Source: Octopus vulgaris (Eukaryota). From it: a DNA stretch of 64,000 nt. The stretch lies in assembly GCA_951406725.2 (NCBI GenBank), contig OX597819.1:63116001-63180000 (forward strand), in the 5' to 3' direction. The translations under genes and the position numbers were made by a program. Under the pieces are notes generated by a model. That model was not told where the DNA came from, ran no database searches, and saw only the letters and a list, made by a program, of their open reading frames with translations. Within the stretch, counting starts at the first letter, position 1. The number at the start of each line of letters is the position of its first letter. Below are positions 39,962 through 54,027 of this stretch, one piece after another.

Positions 39962-40189
39962 CTTTTACTATATTACACGTTTCAGTCACTTGACTGCGGC
40001 CATGCTGCAGCAGCACCTTTAGTCGAAAGAATCGACCCCCAAGACTTATTTTTTATAAGCATAGTACTTATTCTATCGGCCTGCTTTGCCGAACTGCTAT
40101 GTTACGGGGACGTAAACACACGAACATCATTTCAAGCGATGTTGGGGGGACCAACATAGACACAAAGACACGCACACATAAATATATGC

Positions 40190-40223
<34 letters not shown>

Positions 40224-40263
40224 GTATATATACATACAACTAATCTATCTATCTATCTATCTA

Positions 40264-40302
<39 letters not shown>

Positions 40303-40467
40303 GTCGGGCTTCTGTCAGTTTCCGTCTACCTATTACACTCACAAGTCTTTGGTCAGCCCGAGGCTATAGTAGAAGACACTTGCCCAAGGTGACACGCAGT
40401 GGGACTGAACGCTAAACCATGTGGTTGGGAAGCAAGCTTCTTACCAATCAGCCACGCCTGTGCCTAC
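39962..40467 (-). mobile_element. Full-length SINE family B (CORE-like, internal microsatellite)
   Basis: tRNA-like head, CACCTTGGGCAAGTGTCTT (MIR/CORE-like motif), internal (TA)/(CA)n, conserved tail. Confidence 0.88.
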
Positions 40468-41629
40468 ATATATATATACGTATATTTCAGTTTTCGTCTA
40501 GCAAATCGACTCTCCCAAGGCTTTGGTCGACCAGAGGTTATGGTGGAACACACTCTCCCAAGGTGCCACATAGTGTGAGTGAACCCACAACCATGTTGGT
40601 GAGAAGTAAATTCTTGCTGCAGAGCCACGCCAAGGTAGACAGACAGGTGCTTAAAAGATTTTAAAAACTAAATTTATATCTACCGCTATAAACTTTCGTT
40701 TGTACTGAAGTACCGGTGGGTATCTTAGCATTAACTAATTATGTATTTTATATCACAAAAAAAAAAAAAAGCCAATAGATTTCCACTCGTAGCCGCATAA
40801 CCACTCAACCAACCCATTGTATTTCTATCGAGGTATAAAATCTAGACTCATAAATATAAATAATGTTTTACAATTAATTGATAACATCACATTAAAAACT
40901 TTGCAATTAACTTTTCCATATCTTCCAGACACCATATATTATAGTGTTACATTCTTAATAATTCTTTTATTTCTTCACCTCCTCTTTAACTTATTTTTCT
41001 TATCTCACTATTAATCGCTATTTTGTAAACAGACCGTTATATAAGTTCTCATTTAAACAACATATTACACAATAAATTCTTTCTATATTACTCATACCCG
41101 CTACTTTTGGTTATCTTCCAATCATATCTACATCTTTTGATTTAGATGCTTTTTTAATCGATACATATTGTTCACATTTAATTTTTCTGTACTATTATCT
41201 TTTCTTTCTTCTTTCTACATCATTCTTCTTATCTAAACTTTTCCCATTATCTTCTTATTCTCTACCCATTTTCTTTTCTTTCATCAGTTACATTGCTGTA
41301 GTTTATATACCTATATACGGCGATTTTAACTACGGCTCTACCTAATAACATATAACATTTGCGAGTATTTAATGACTTTTGTAAGGTGCTCTAAATCATA
41401 TGACTATAACACATATTCATTATTAAATCACAATTATCGAAGGAGCCAAGGGCCAAAACTAAGGATTTGTATTAAGTTTCGGTTTTTATTAAACTATGTT
41501 TGTGTCCAACAGTGTGGTTCCAGGGTCAGTCCCACTGAGTGGCAACTAGGGCAATTGTCTTCTGCCAGTGCCTCAGGCCGACTCAAGCCTCGTGAGTGCA
41601 TTTGACAGGCGGTAACTGAAAGAAACCCA

Positions 41630-41699
<70 letters not shown>

Positions 41700-41724
41700 A
41701 TATATATATATATGTATATGTATG

Positions 41725-41759
<35 letters not shown>

Positions 41760-41760
41760 G

Positions 41761-41817
<57 letters not shown>

Positions 41818-41850
41818 ACATATATATATGTATATATATGTATATATATA

Positions 41851-42000
<150 letters not shown>

Positions 42001-42215
42001 AGGTTTGGAGATGATGTACAGGTATTATATATTAGAAGAAATGAGGTAATCAGAAGATCGGATGGTTCATATTTACAGATATTTATTTATATATTACATT
42101 TTTTTACTTATATATATATCATATCATTCAGATCATATCATTCAGATTATTAGCACTTTCTCCCATTCTAGTGGGGTTTTCAAATATATATATATATATA
42201 AGACGAAATAGAGTG

Positions 42216-42351
42216 AAAAACTAGAGAAGACTTGTGTTATAGGGATAAAAATATATTTAAATCGTTATGTTAGTAAAATGTTATAAAATTTTCCGAACAT
42301 AATGATTTAAATATATTCTTTAACCATATAACACGAGTCTTCTGTAGTTTT
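42216..42351. repeat. Inverted repeat, ~56-bp arms
   Basis: AAAACTAGAGAAGACTTGTGTTATA...TTTAAATCGTTATGTT / AACATAATGATTTAAA...TATAACACGAGTCTTCTGTAGTTTT. Confidence 0.8.
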
Positions 42352-42715
42352 CTGAGAGAAGACGACAATGGTGTCGAGAACCTTCGAATATGTTCCCAGC
42401 ACTACCATCTCCTCCTCTTGCTGTGTGAGTCACTCCTTAGTTGGGACAATCCCCCACTCTACAATCTTATCCGTATTTTTTGCCATGTTTCAAATAAAAA
42501 AATTAAAAACTCCAAAACAATAGTTCACACATTTCAAAAACAAAAGAGAGAAATCAAAAGAAAACGAAAGGGAAGAAAAGAAAAAGCAAGCAGTTCAATA
42601 AGAAAGTCATGATAGAAGAAGAAAACAACAGTTCAACAAAACACAGTAAAAACCTTATGGGCATTCAGGTACTCCAAGCCCTATGGTACTCCGATTAGAA
42701 CCTGGACTGCTCCAC

Positions 42716-42996
42716 TTGAAATACAGCTTTCCAATTATTGGTAAATGTAGTTGTAAAAATACACACTATTTACAAACAGCGAATAACTTTTGGTGGCATG
42801 ATACGTAACCAAACTATACTTCTCACAATGAGAAAAAAAGTTAACTTAATGTGAACTCTTGAAATACAGCTTCGCAATAAATGGTAAATGTTATTGTAAA
42901 AACATACACTATTAAAAAGTGAACAACTTTTGTTTGAAGGATACGCACCCAAACTGTACTTCTCACTATGAGAAAAAAATTTCACTTAATGTGAAC
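42716..42996 (+). repeat. Diverged ~140-bp tandem duplication
   Basis: Both units run CTTGAAATACAGCTT...TACTTCTCAC..TGAGAAAAAAA..ACTTAATGTGAAC. Confidence 0.85.
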
Positions 42997-43259
42997 AACA
43001 TTGCTGAACCGCAAGCAAAGACCAGCATCCTGAATCCAGTGAGGACTCCTTGTTTGTAAAAAATATAACCACAGACAACAACCCCTACTTGACCCAAGAG
43101 ACAAAAGTCATACCTTGCAGCAGATTCTTTTGGCACGCTAAACACTGCCGGCTATCTTCTTCAGTGCACAACACAATAACGCATGCGTACACTGACAACA
43201 GAGACTCATGGGAAGTAGGGTAGCAAGCCACTTACCACACAGCCACTCCTACGCCCCCA

Positions 43260-43308
<49 letters not shown>

Positions 43309-43310
43309 GG

Positions 43311-43910
43311 TGGCCCTCCGTCGGTTACGAAATCGAAGGTTCCAGATTATCCGATGAACGGAACTGCCTGCTCGTGTGAAATTAATGTGCACGTGGCTGA
43401 GCACTCTACAGACACATGTACCTATTTCTTTACTATTCATAAGGGGCTAAACACAGAGAGGACAAACAAGGAGAGACAAACGGATTAAGTCAACTATATC
43501 GACCCCAGTGCGTAACTGGTACTTATTTAATCGAATCCGAAAGAATGAAGTTGACCTCGGCGGGATATGAACTCAGAATGTGGCGGCAGGTGAGACATCG
43601 CTAAGCATTTCGCCCGGCGTGCTAACGTTTCTGCCATATCACCGTCACATGTAGCCTTAATGTAATTAAGGCACATGTACCCTTAATGTAATTCTCAGGG
43701 TGATTCAGAGTAACAAAGAGTGTGATAAGGCTGGCCCTTTGAAATGCAGGTACAGTAGAAACAGGAAGGAAGAGTGAGAGAAATTTGTGGTGAAAGTGTA
43801 CAACAGGGTTCGCCTTCATCCTCTGCCGGAGCCCTGTGGACTCACAGCGTCCGGTCTGGGAATCGAAACTATGATCGTACGACCGCGAATCCGCTGCACT
43901 AAACTCTAGA

Positions 43911-43915
<5 letters not shown>
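43311..43915 (-). mobile_element. SINE family C variant with nested SINE A (43423-43646, -)
   Basis: tRNA head at ~43850-43915; the tail resumes at 43311-43422 beyond the nested copy. Confidence 0.75.
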
Positions 43916-43953
<38 letters not shown>

Positions 43954-43964
43954 TACACATATAT

Positions 43965-44099
43965 ATAGGGCTGGCTTTGTGTTAAGTAGCTTGCTTACCA
44001 ACGGCATGGTTTCGGGTTCTGTCACACTGCGTGACACTGGGGGTAAATGTATTCTACTATAACCACGGGCCGAAGAAAGCTTTGTGAGTGAACCCCATC

Positions 44100-44186
<87 letters not shown>

Positions 44187-44262
44187 CGATGGTGGTGCTA
44201 TTAAGTTAGACATGGCCTGGGCCAATAATGGCCGAAACCTATCAAAGTATCAAAGTATCAAA

Positions 44263-44300
<38 letters not shown>

Positions 44301-44454
44301 GTGTGTCTGTGTCTGTGTGTGTGTGTCTGTGTGTTTGTGTGTGTATGTTTGCATGTATGTGTTTGCATGCCACTTGAGAATCGATGTTTATGTGTTTACG
44401 TCCCTGTAACCACATGTCTTCGTCTTTTGTTCTTATCGTAAACTCTCCCTATAT

Positions 44455-44518
<64 letters not shown>

Positions 44519-44732
44519 GTATGTTGTACATATGTTTGTGTGTCTGTGTTTGTCCCCCCAACATCGCTTGACAACCGATGCTGGTGTGTTTACGTCCCTG
44601 TAAATTAGCGGTTCGGCAAAAGTGCCGGATAGAATAAGTACTAGACTTACAACGAATAAGTCACAGGATCGATTTGCTCGACTAAAGGCTGTGCTCCAGT
44701 ATAGCCGCAGTCAAGTGACTGAAACAAGTAAA
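43965..44732 (+). mobile_element. SINE family B with expanded internal microsatellite
   Basis: Head 43965-44100 and tail 44535-44732. Confidence 0.75.
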
Positions 44733-44757
44733 ATAATATCTCTCTCTCTCCCTATAC

Positions 44758-44821
<64 letters not shown>

Positions 44822-44826
44822 CTATC

Positions 44827-44901
<75 letters not shown>

Positions 44902-46267
44902 ATATATATATATATATATATATTAGCATAAAGAATATATGAACTCCTTTTCTTAATGTCACTCAATAAATCTCGCTGAAACTAACTAAATTATTTGAAG
45001 CATAGCAAATGTTTATGAGGACCGGGAATGAAAACTTTTCCCAATATGGATGGATAGAGACGAAGATCAGCAAGCTCTGTTATCAAGGAAGTTTTCTCCC
45101 AGAATGACATAAACTCAAAACACATTTGTTCGAGCGTTAAATTGATAGCGTCCTTTCGCTCGCTATATAGGATATCATATTTCAATTGATCTGGTACATT
45201 TGTTACATATCGGACAAATTACATTGCAGTAGATGTTCCGCGTTCTTGGTTCGGAGTTCATATCCATCCAAGGTTAACTTTGATAAATTTGACTCTTATT
45301 CCTCCAGAGGCGAGAAACCAAATGTGCCAGTCAAATATTGATGAGACAGAATCCATAGGATCCCCTTCAGTATTGATAGCTTTATGCCTAAACCTGTAAT
45401 CAAACATCAAGCATTTACCTCGGTGTTGTGTCGGTCATGACCAACAGTTGTTATGAATTGTTGAGCGTCGGCAATTCCACGCTTCTTTATTATATCTAAT
45501 CGAAATTATATATTAAAAATATAAGATATTATCAATAAAATTGTGTAGATAGTTATTATCAGATATAGCAGTATGTATATCTAAGGAAATTTCTTTCAAG
45601 TTATATGCTACTAGAACAATTATACCATTAGTATTACCAATATTTTTTTATGATACCACACAAGGTATCTCAATTCAAGCTTTAATATATGTATGTATGC
45701 ATGTATTTATCTATCTATTTATCTATTATCTATCTGTTTGTCAGTCCGTCCGTCTGTGTCGGTTTGTCAGAGAATCTATCAGTATATATACATACATACA
45801 TACATACATACACAAATATATATATATATATATATATAGATAGATAGATAGATATATAGATATAGATATATACACACACATATATATATTTATAGTGAGT
45901 GAGAGAGAGAGAGAGAGAGAGAGAGTGAGAGAGAAAGAAAGAGAGAAAGAGTTTGTGTTTGTTGTAATATACAGGATTGAATACTGAGAAAAAAGTCGTC
46001 AGAATTTTGGAAAAAAATCCTTTTATTTCTTCATTATTATTAGCGCTTTCGTTCCTCTCTAGAACTTGTCAAACACGATTTTGTGAATGTACAAACAGCT
46101 TGTTCATTTATATAAAACAGATATTTGGGGGGTTTCGTTTAGAAGAGAACATTGTTTTTGTTTTTTTGCGTGTGGTTCCAAGGAAATCGAGATGGATAGA
46201 TAGAAATATAGCAATGGAGTTAGGCTGATAGATTGATAGATAGATAGACAGATAGATAGATAGATAT

Positions 46268-46340
<73 letters not shown>

Positions 46341-46604
46341 CAGATGGGTGGAGGGAAAGAGAGAGAAAGGGTATCCAACTTCCTATTCATTCATTCATTT
46401 ATTTAATTATTTTTACCTTTACCATTGTATTGGAATGATTTTAAGGATGGTCACCACTTAAAAAACAGGTGTGGTTTGGTCATCACTGAAAGTCTTTTTG
46501 CTTTCTTTCTCTCTCTCTATTTCTCCTCTGTTCCCTTTCTTCTTTTCTTCTTTCCTTTTTGTTTCCTTTTTCCTCATTTCTTTCTTTTTCTCATCTCTGA
46601 ATTA

Positions 46605-47678
46605 TATTAACTAAGTTCCCACCTTTTTTATGGATTTTGGAATTTATTGCGCTTTTAGATTTTGGAATCTATTTTTTTTTTTCGAGAATTCTATTTGTGA
46701 ATCATTTTGGAATCTATTTTGATTTTTTCTAGTTAATTTTAGTTTATTTTCAGATCATCAAAATAGAAAATCAAGTTAAGAAAAACGAGCATTTTTGACA
46801 CCTCCTTCTTTTTGCTTTTAATCAAAGTTCCAAGGCGGCGAAAACTACCCTCGACATTTGTACTCTGTATGGAGAGGGTGCCATAGCTGAAAGAAGCGCT
46901 CGTAATTGGTATGTCAAGTTCAAAAATAGAAATTTTGACCTCAAAGACGCACCTCATTTTGGCCGTCCAAATGAGTTAAATAAAGAGCGATTAAACCAAC
47001 TTTTGCACGAAAATTCTCGTCAAACGTGAAGGGAACTGGCAGAGAAAATGGAATGCTCCCACACTGCTATAGCGAAGCATCTTCACTCAATGGAAAATAT
47101 TCAGAAGTATGGAGCATGGGTTCCGCGTGCTTTAAGTGATAACAGCAAAAATCAACGAGTCACAATCTCCGCTGGTTTGCTTGCTCGTCACCGCTCAACT
47201 CATGGATTCAAGCAAGAACACTATGTTGAACTGATGGAACGACTCAACACGGCTATTCAAGAGAAAATACCTAATCGGCATCATGGAGTTCTTCTGCTGC
47301 ACGGCAACGTCCGCCTTCATATTGTCATTATAACTAAGGAAGTCATTCAAACGCATGAATCGGAAGTGCTGCCACACCCGCCGTACTCTCCTGATTTGGA
47401 ACCAACGGATTTCAACCTCTTTCGATCTCTTTCAAATGCTGTCTGCGGAGTTTCGTTCAATATTGCTGCACAATTGAGAGAGCTGGGTTGGATCAATTTT
47501 TCGAGTCGAAATCGGGTGATTCTGCCAACGAGGTATGGCAAATCTTGTGGAATATTGGGAAGAAATTGTAAACAATAAGAGTGAATACATTATTGATTAA
47601 TTAGTTGTTATTTTGTATTAAACATTAAAAAAAATTTAAATTAAAAAAAACAGCGGGAACTTAGCTGCCAACCTAATA
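46605..47678 (+). mobile_element. Mariner (DD34D) remnant
   Basis: KYGAWVPRAL, LLHGNVRLH, HPPYSPDLEPTDFNLFRSL; right TIR GGGAACTTAGCTGCCAACCTAA-TA, partial left TIR AACTAAGTTCCC. Confidence 0.9.
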
Positions 47679-47875
47679 TTTAGAATATACCCCTTCCAAA
47701 CGTGCATTTTTGGAGGGAATTTTTTGATAAAGTGTGGTTCTGCATGAAAATACATTAGTATAATATTTGCAAATTAACAATTTGAAAAAAATCAGTCAGT
47801 GAATTAAATAAAACGAACACACACATATATACGGACACACACATAACTATGTATGTATGTATGTATGTATGTATG

Positions 47876-47942
<67 letters not shown>

Positions 47943-48145
47943 AGATGGGCCACATTTGGAATAAAGAATTCAAATACTCCACTTTACCTTCAAATATTCA
48001 ATTTTAGGGAGGATTCCTTGATGAAGTGTGTGTGCATGTGTGTGCGTGTGCATGTTTCTATGTGTGTGTGTGGTTGGGAATATGTTCATGTTTATACTGT
48101 CTACATTCGATCACGTCTTTTTCAATTCCATTATTTTGCGTTAGA

Positions 48146-48220
<75 letters not shown>

Positions 48221-48545
48221 AATAGATAGATATACATACACACATGTGCGCACATAGATACACACACATACATATAATTAAGAGAGTCTGTTAGATAGAT
48301 AAACAGAGAGCTAGATGGAGTGATTCATAGAGAAATAGACAGATAGATTGATAAATGATAGAATATGTATATAAGTACAACTAATTTTCATGTAATGTCG
48401 TTTTCATTGAAAGACATTCCATGAAATCACTTTTCATCAGTAAAAATTTTGATAGAAATATTTTGTAATAATATTATTTCTGAGAAGAAAAAAAATGTTA
48501 GCAATCGTGTTCTTTGTGATTTTTGTTTAATACAATTTTGCGTAC

Positions 48546-48669
48546 ATCAAAACATCAGAACAACCAATCTGACAATATAATACAAATTCAGTAGGTCCTC
48601 CTGTCTCTGCTTGATATCGATTATTTTTAACCATAGCTCTGATATAGTTTGTGTCGGGAGAAGACGTAA
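48546..48669 (-). CDS. Candidate exon of unknown host gene
   Basis: TTTGCTTACAG| acceptor, phase-1 open frame TSSPDTNYIRAMVKNNRYQAETGGPTEFVLYCQIGCSDVL, weak donor |GTACGC. Confidence 0.35.
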
Positions 48670-49074
48670 CTGTAAGCAAATTCTTAATGGTTTCTTGAAC
48701 GTTAGCGACAAACTGTCAACAATGTGATACATGAGAAATGTGTCATGTATTCATCATGCAAAATCTGATTGTCTGCTGATAGAATTAAAATTGAAAAACA
48801 AGAGACCACGTTCAGAATACTGAAGCGTAAAATTGCAATATGTTGGGAGATCATTGAACTCAGATGGGCAGATATCACTTACTAGCTTGGTATGACACAG
48901 CATTCACGTGATAATGAATCCAAAAATGGAATATTCCAAATGAGAATGAGTTACTGGTGTGAAGTATCTTGAAGATGAAGAGCATACAGATGGCATAAGA
49001 GAGAGTAAGTGTTTTTATTCAAGTGCATGATGAAAATGGTCTCTAAGTTTTCAAATCACAAAGGTGTATACATG

Positions 49075-49248
49075 AAAATCCAGGTTCGAAATTTCCCCAA
49101 AACACCTGATGAAGGCTGGTGGTGTTGGCGCCGGTGGTGGTGGTGGGGGTATCAGCCGAAACGTTGTGTTAACAACAAATAAGATAAGGACAAATATCCA
49201 TCGAATGTAAATACTGTACATAATTCCTCATCTCTTAAATATAGAACT
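49075..49248 (+). mobile_element. B-box + HHR element (second copy)
   Basis: CAGGTTCGAAATTTCCCCAA, HHR and tail all match 12690-12810. Confidence 0.8.
49101..49170 (+). ncRNA. Minimal type I hammerhead ribozyme
   Basis: AACAC CTGATGA A GGCTGGT-(GGT-rich loop)-ATCAGCC GAAA CG TT GTGTT: 5-bp stem I, 7-bp stem II, AACGTT palindrome, GUU triplet. Confidence 0.85.
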
Positions 49249-50169
49249 GCAGTGCTGTTGTTAAGGGGAAGAGATATTCAAAATATTGACATCAATTATT
49301 GATTGGTACTTTTGTGTTATCGACTCTGGATGAAGAGAAGGCAGATTTCAATTCTTAAGATTTCAAATCATAACTTAAATCGGTTTAGCTTCAGATAAAT
49401 GTGTCAGATCAATTGCCTTTCAGTATCCGAAATGCATACTACAAGACCATTGGTTCGAAATGTTTATCTGGAGCTATAACGATTCTGTCAACTTGCTTGA
49501 AATATAATATCCTGCATAAAAAGTGACAAAATTCTAATAGTTTAACTGTCGCACAAATATCATATGCTACATGACGCATTTTGCATTAATCTCCACACGA
49601 GTATAACATGTTTATTCTGTATCGCCACATTCATTAAATGGTTCAGTGATGGAACATCTAATGATGTAGCATGGAGTTTCAAAGTAACTACACCTTGTCT
49701 CTCACCTATCTGGCCGCTTCATTTCTCTAATAAAATTGCACTCAAAGCAGTAAAGATAATATTTCTTCTATTGATACAAGTGATTATATGACGCACCTCA
49801 CCCAATAAAAACCAGGTTTACTGTCACGCTGAGGACTCAGCTATTTAATTTAAAGTTTCCTGGGCGATTATAAAGCGACTATTGTTCCGTGAATCCATGA
49901 ATAGTAATGGAAAGAATCATTAACATATTTGACAGAAATATAATTCAATATAATTCTACCACTACGTGCTGTTTCCTTACATTTATGAACATAAATTTAT
50001 ATATATATACTAATATAGGCTGAAGTTTTTTTACAGAAAAAATTTCATCAAAAGGTGGCAGCATATTAAAATACCTTAAAAGTTTAAAATTATAAACAAC
50101 TTATAAACAAGGGCAAAAGAAAATTGGCACGGAAAAATTTTCTTTTACCATTGTTTATAAGTTATATAA

Positions 50170-50210
<41 letters not shown>

Positions 50211-50337
50211 CACATACACACTTAGAAATACATATGCACCTCCCACACACAGAGGCAGTCAGACAGACACACGCACACGCATACACGCTCATACGCATAT
50301 ATATAATTATAACTTGTCTCTTTGTCTGTCTCTTAAG

Positions 50338-50382
<45 letters not shown>

Positions 50383-52336
50383 TGTGTACTGTCTGTCTGC
50401 AACAAGAGAAACAGTGTGAAAGAAATAGAAACATATATTCTATGTTGTGTATCATATTTAGATAATTGGTTCTCATAATACATCCATCATTTAAGATAGA
50501 TTATCATAACTAAATATTAGATAGTAATCTTTACATAATATTTCAAATATAATTGTTGGTTTCATTGAGTTTAAATGCAAACCTACTTGCAAGCGGAATC
50601 GCATTTACATTATGTGATTATATGGAGAAAGAATTTATTGCAAAATCAAACAATAAAGACCTTATTGAAGGAATTGGAATGCCATAATAAACAATTAATG
50701 GACATTGTTTATATTTCTTACAAGCTGCATATAAAATAAGTGTTATTGTATAATAGACCACCTTAACTTTCTAAAAGTTATATACACTCCATAAAAACTA
50801 TTGGAAACATACGAAAGTACTCCTATCAAATTATAACGTATTATCGCGAGTACAAATTGCTATTTCTTACCAAATGCTACCCATGGTAATTTGAAAGCTT
50901 GCAGAATTTACTCAAATAATTCAGCTTGGTAATACAAAATATCTTCGCTATTAATTCTATGACATAGTTATATTGCCTTGTGTTATTTTACCAGTAAATG
51001 GTATTTAGTACTGCGAATCTTCATACAGAGATAATAAATTCTGCCATATTTTGAAATTGTTGTTATTGCTCTTTCGTTAATTGAAAGACATTTCAGTTTT
51101 ATCGTTGAAACTTCACTGCTTATAGTTTTCAAATTGTCTACGAACATGACGGTTTTGCCACATGACTACATGTTCTTTATGAACATGCAATCATCACACA
51201 TAACAAGCTTATTATGTATAAGCAGTTTCAAAGAAATTAGATATTTTATCGTGTTGGAACCACAAAAACTGCATTATCTCACCTATAAAAATATAATTCA
51301 GTCTATAGAAGCTACTAACTGCCAACTAATCTCTACAAACCACAGGAAAATTAATGTGCAAACATTATAGAAGAATATTATCATATCTGGGTTATGGCTA
51401 CTACTAAATATATAGGCATGTTTGTATCACTCCGCCACACTTGGGTTTTCTCCCTTGTCTACCATTTGTCCTACAGACATATCAACCTATAATCCCTTGG
51501 ATATAGCTGTCTCTACTCATGTACGCCTGTCGAAATGTATTTCCTTAGCAAAAACTCTAATTATGGTTCCAAGAGCTTAGTCTCCAAAATGTCATCCCTC
51601 GGATATCTGATAATTCCTTCCTAGCCACGTTCGTTCATTACGACTATCAAAAGATCTGCAACCGTTATCATTTCATTTCCTCTCAACCGTACACACGGTA
51701 AGACGCTTCTTTTAATTTAAACAAAATTAGATGCTACCAATGTTGTTGGATCTAAAATTGAGTTTACAGAAGAAAGATAAATAACAATGGAAAGATCATT
51801 ATTGAAATTGATTTAGAAACCTACAAACAACTAAATTTGCTTTTTAGAAATGTCCTTCGTAACTCAAAAGCTTGTCGTCACTGAATAACTAAGTGAAAGC
51901 ACGATTGAACAGTTTCATTAATTTGCAAATAAGATTAGTGCGAAAATGTATTCTTCATATTCCATCTTGAACGTTATCTGGAAAATTGTATAAATGGAGC
52001 GAGGAATAAGGATAACGTTTTCACCTAGAACGTATTTTATTGGACAAATGATACCAAGGGAAATCGTTTGTTGCCATAGAAAGTAGAAAAATCAGTTTTC
52101 TAATCCTTTATATTTTGTTTGTGATATCTTTAATTCCGTTTTGAACGTCATTCCTATACAAACCTTTTGTTGAAGTTATTAGTACAGAATTTACATTTGT
52201 GATGGTAGCATCGAGTTGTTTTGAGAAGTGCATTACTGGCTAGTTTGAAAATTGGTGCAGCAACATATTTTGAATGATTCTCATAGGGTTTTTGAAGATT
52301 TAAAAATAAGCACAAAAAAATTATTTTGTTACTCAC

Positions 52337-52420
52337 AGCTTGATAAAATCAGTCTCCATTTACCACACAAATAACACAATAATGTAATAAATTGAATTAA
52401 AACTGTCATTAAAAATATAG
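52337..52420 (-). CDS. Candidate hydrophobic exon (signal peptide or TM helix)
   Basis: TTGTTACCTTGTAG| acceptor, 84 nt, phase 1-1, IFLMTVLIQFITLLCYLCGKWRLILSS, donor |GTGAGT. Confidence 0.4.
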
Positions 52421-52647
52421 CTACAAGGTAACAACAGCAATAACTTCAATATTCTCAATTATCGTACTTAGCATCACGCACATTAAAACCGAAGGCGTCT
52501 ACAGGATTCAAAGAAGCACGTCACCAGTATAGTTGTAATCAGAATATACTGACCTTCAAAAACAGAATGCTGTTGAGATACTCGTGGTGTCATACTGCAT
52601 ATCGAAAGGCATACTTCTACGTATCTGAGTGTACAGTATACTTCTCA

Positions 52648-52873
52648 CGAGCTGCCAGAAAGGTTAGCACGTCGGGCGAAATGGTTGGCGGTATTTCGTC
52701 TGCCGCTACGTTCTGAGTTCAAATTCCGCCGAGGTCGACTTTGCCTTTCATCTTTTCGGGGTCGATAAACTAAGTACCAGTTACGCACTGGGGTCGATGT
52801 AATCGACTTAAACCCTTTGTCTGTCCTTGTTTGTCCCCTCTCTGTGAAGCCCCTTGTGGGTAGTAAAGAAATA
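52648..52873 (+). mobile_element. Full-length SINE family A
   Basis: GAGCTGCCAGAA...GAGTTCAAATTCC (B box)...AAAGAAATA; TSD-like AGTATACTTCTCACGAG / AGTATATTTTTCATGAG. Confidence 0.9.
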
Positions 52874-53754
52874 AGTATATTTTTCATGAGATTGTTTTCA
52901 CACACACACACACACATAAAACACACAGATACACACGTACATGCGCATGCACACGCACACACTAACACACAAACTCACATGCGCATGCACACACAAACAC
53001 AAACACAAACCCACACGCACATGCAGCCCCCACACACACATAAACAGATACACACGTACATGCGCATGCACACACACATGCGCATGCACACACACATGCG
53101 CATGCACACACACACACTAACACACAAACTCACATGCGCATGCACACACAAACACACACACAAACCCACACGCACATGCAGCCCTCCTCCCACATAAACA
53201 CGTATGTACATCTGGAGCATTCATCGTATGGATCTTACGCACATAATCATTCGACTCTGTGCACAGGTACCAGTTGGGATTATACAGAAACAACAGCACA
53301 AATAATATTAACTAATCATACAAAACTCTGCAATGTCATCGATCTCTAGAAGAATGAAGTAACTTATACGACCAATGTGAATCCAGCATGTGTATGAAAA
53401 TATAACCTGCAAAACTATATATTTAGCGTCATTAATTTTCCTTTTCATATCTCAGCAAGGACGAACCAGGGACATTCGTTATATTCTAACATAATTATTT
53501 AAGAAGAAGGAATCCCAACAATATAGCGTTATAAATATAGATATGTCTGTCCTTAGCAAACAATATCTCTCTCTTCCTTTTCCCGTTGATTTGTTATCCG
53601 TGGCAAGTAATTGCATGAGTACCGCCATTGAATTTGCATACATGTTTGTCTACCTCATAAGTGTTAGAGACACGTGACAAATAATGCTCTACTGGTGAGA
53701 TTCAGTAATGGCTTCAAGTTTTGCCAAAAGGGCAGCTGTTTGGTGGGAGGAGAT

Positions 53755-54027
53755 AAGTCGATTACATCGATCCCAGTGTTCAACTGGCACTTAATTTATC
53801 GACACCGAAAGGATGAAAGGCAAAGTTGATCTCGGCGGATGTCAGAACTTAGCGATGGGCGAAATACCGCTAAGCATTTTCTACAACTGGTATCTAATTT
53901 ATTGACCCCGAAATGATGAAAGACAAAGTCGACCTTTGCGGAATTTGAACTCAGAACGTAGCAACGGGCGAAATGCCGCTAAGCATTTCGTCTAGCGCGC
54001 TAACGATTCTACCAGCTCGCCGCCTTA
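53755..54027 (-). mobile_element. Two tandem partial SINE A copies
   Basis: Repeated GAAAGGATGAAAGGCAAAGT...GGGCGAAAT.CCGCTAAGCATTT. Degenerate copies also at 24000-24130, 39607-39815, 54940-55135 and 63394-63515. Confidence 0.8.
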
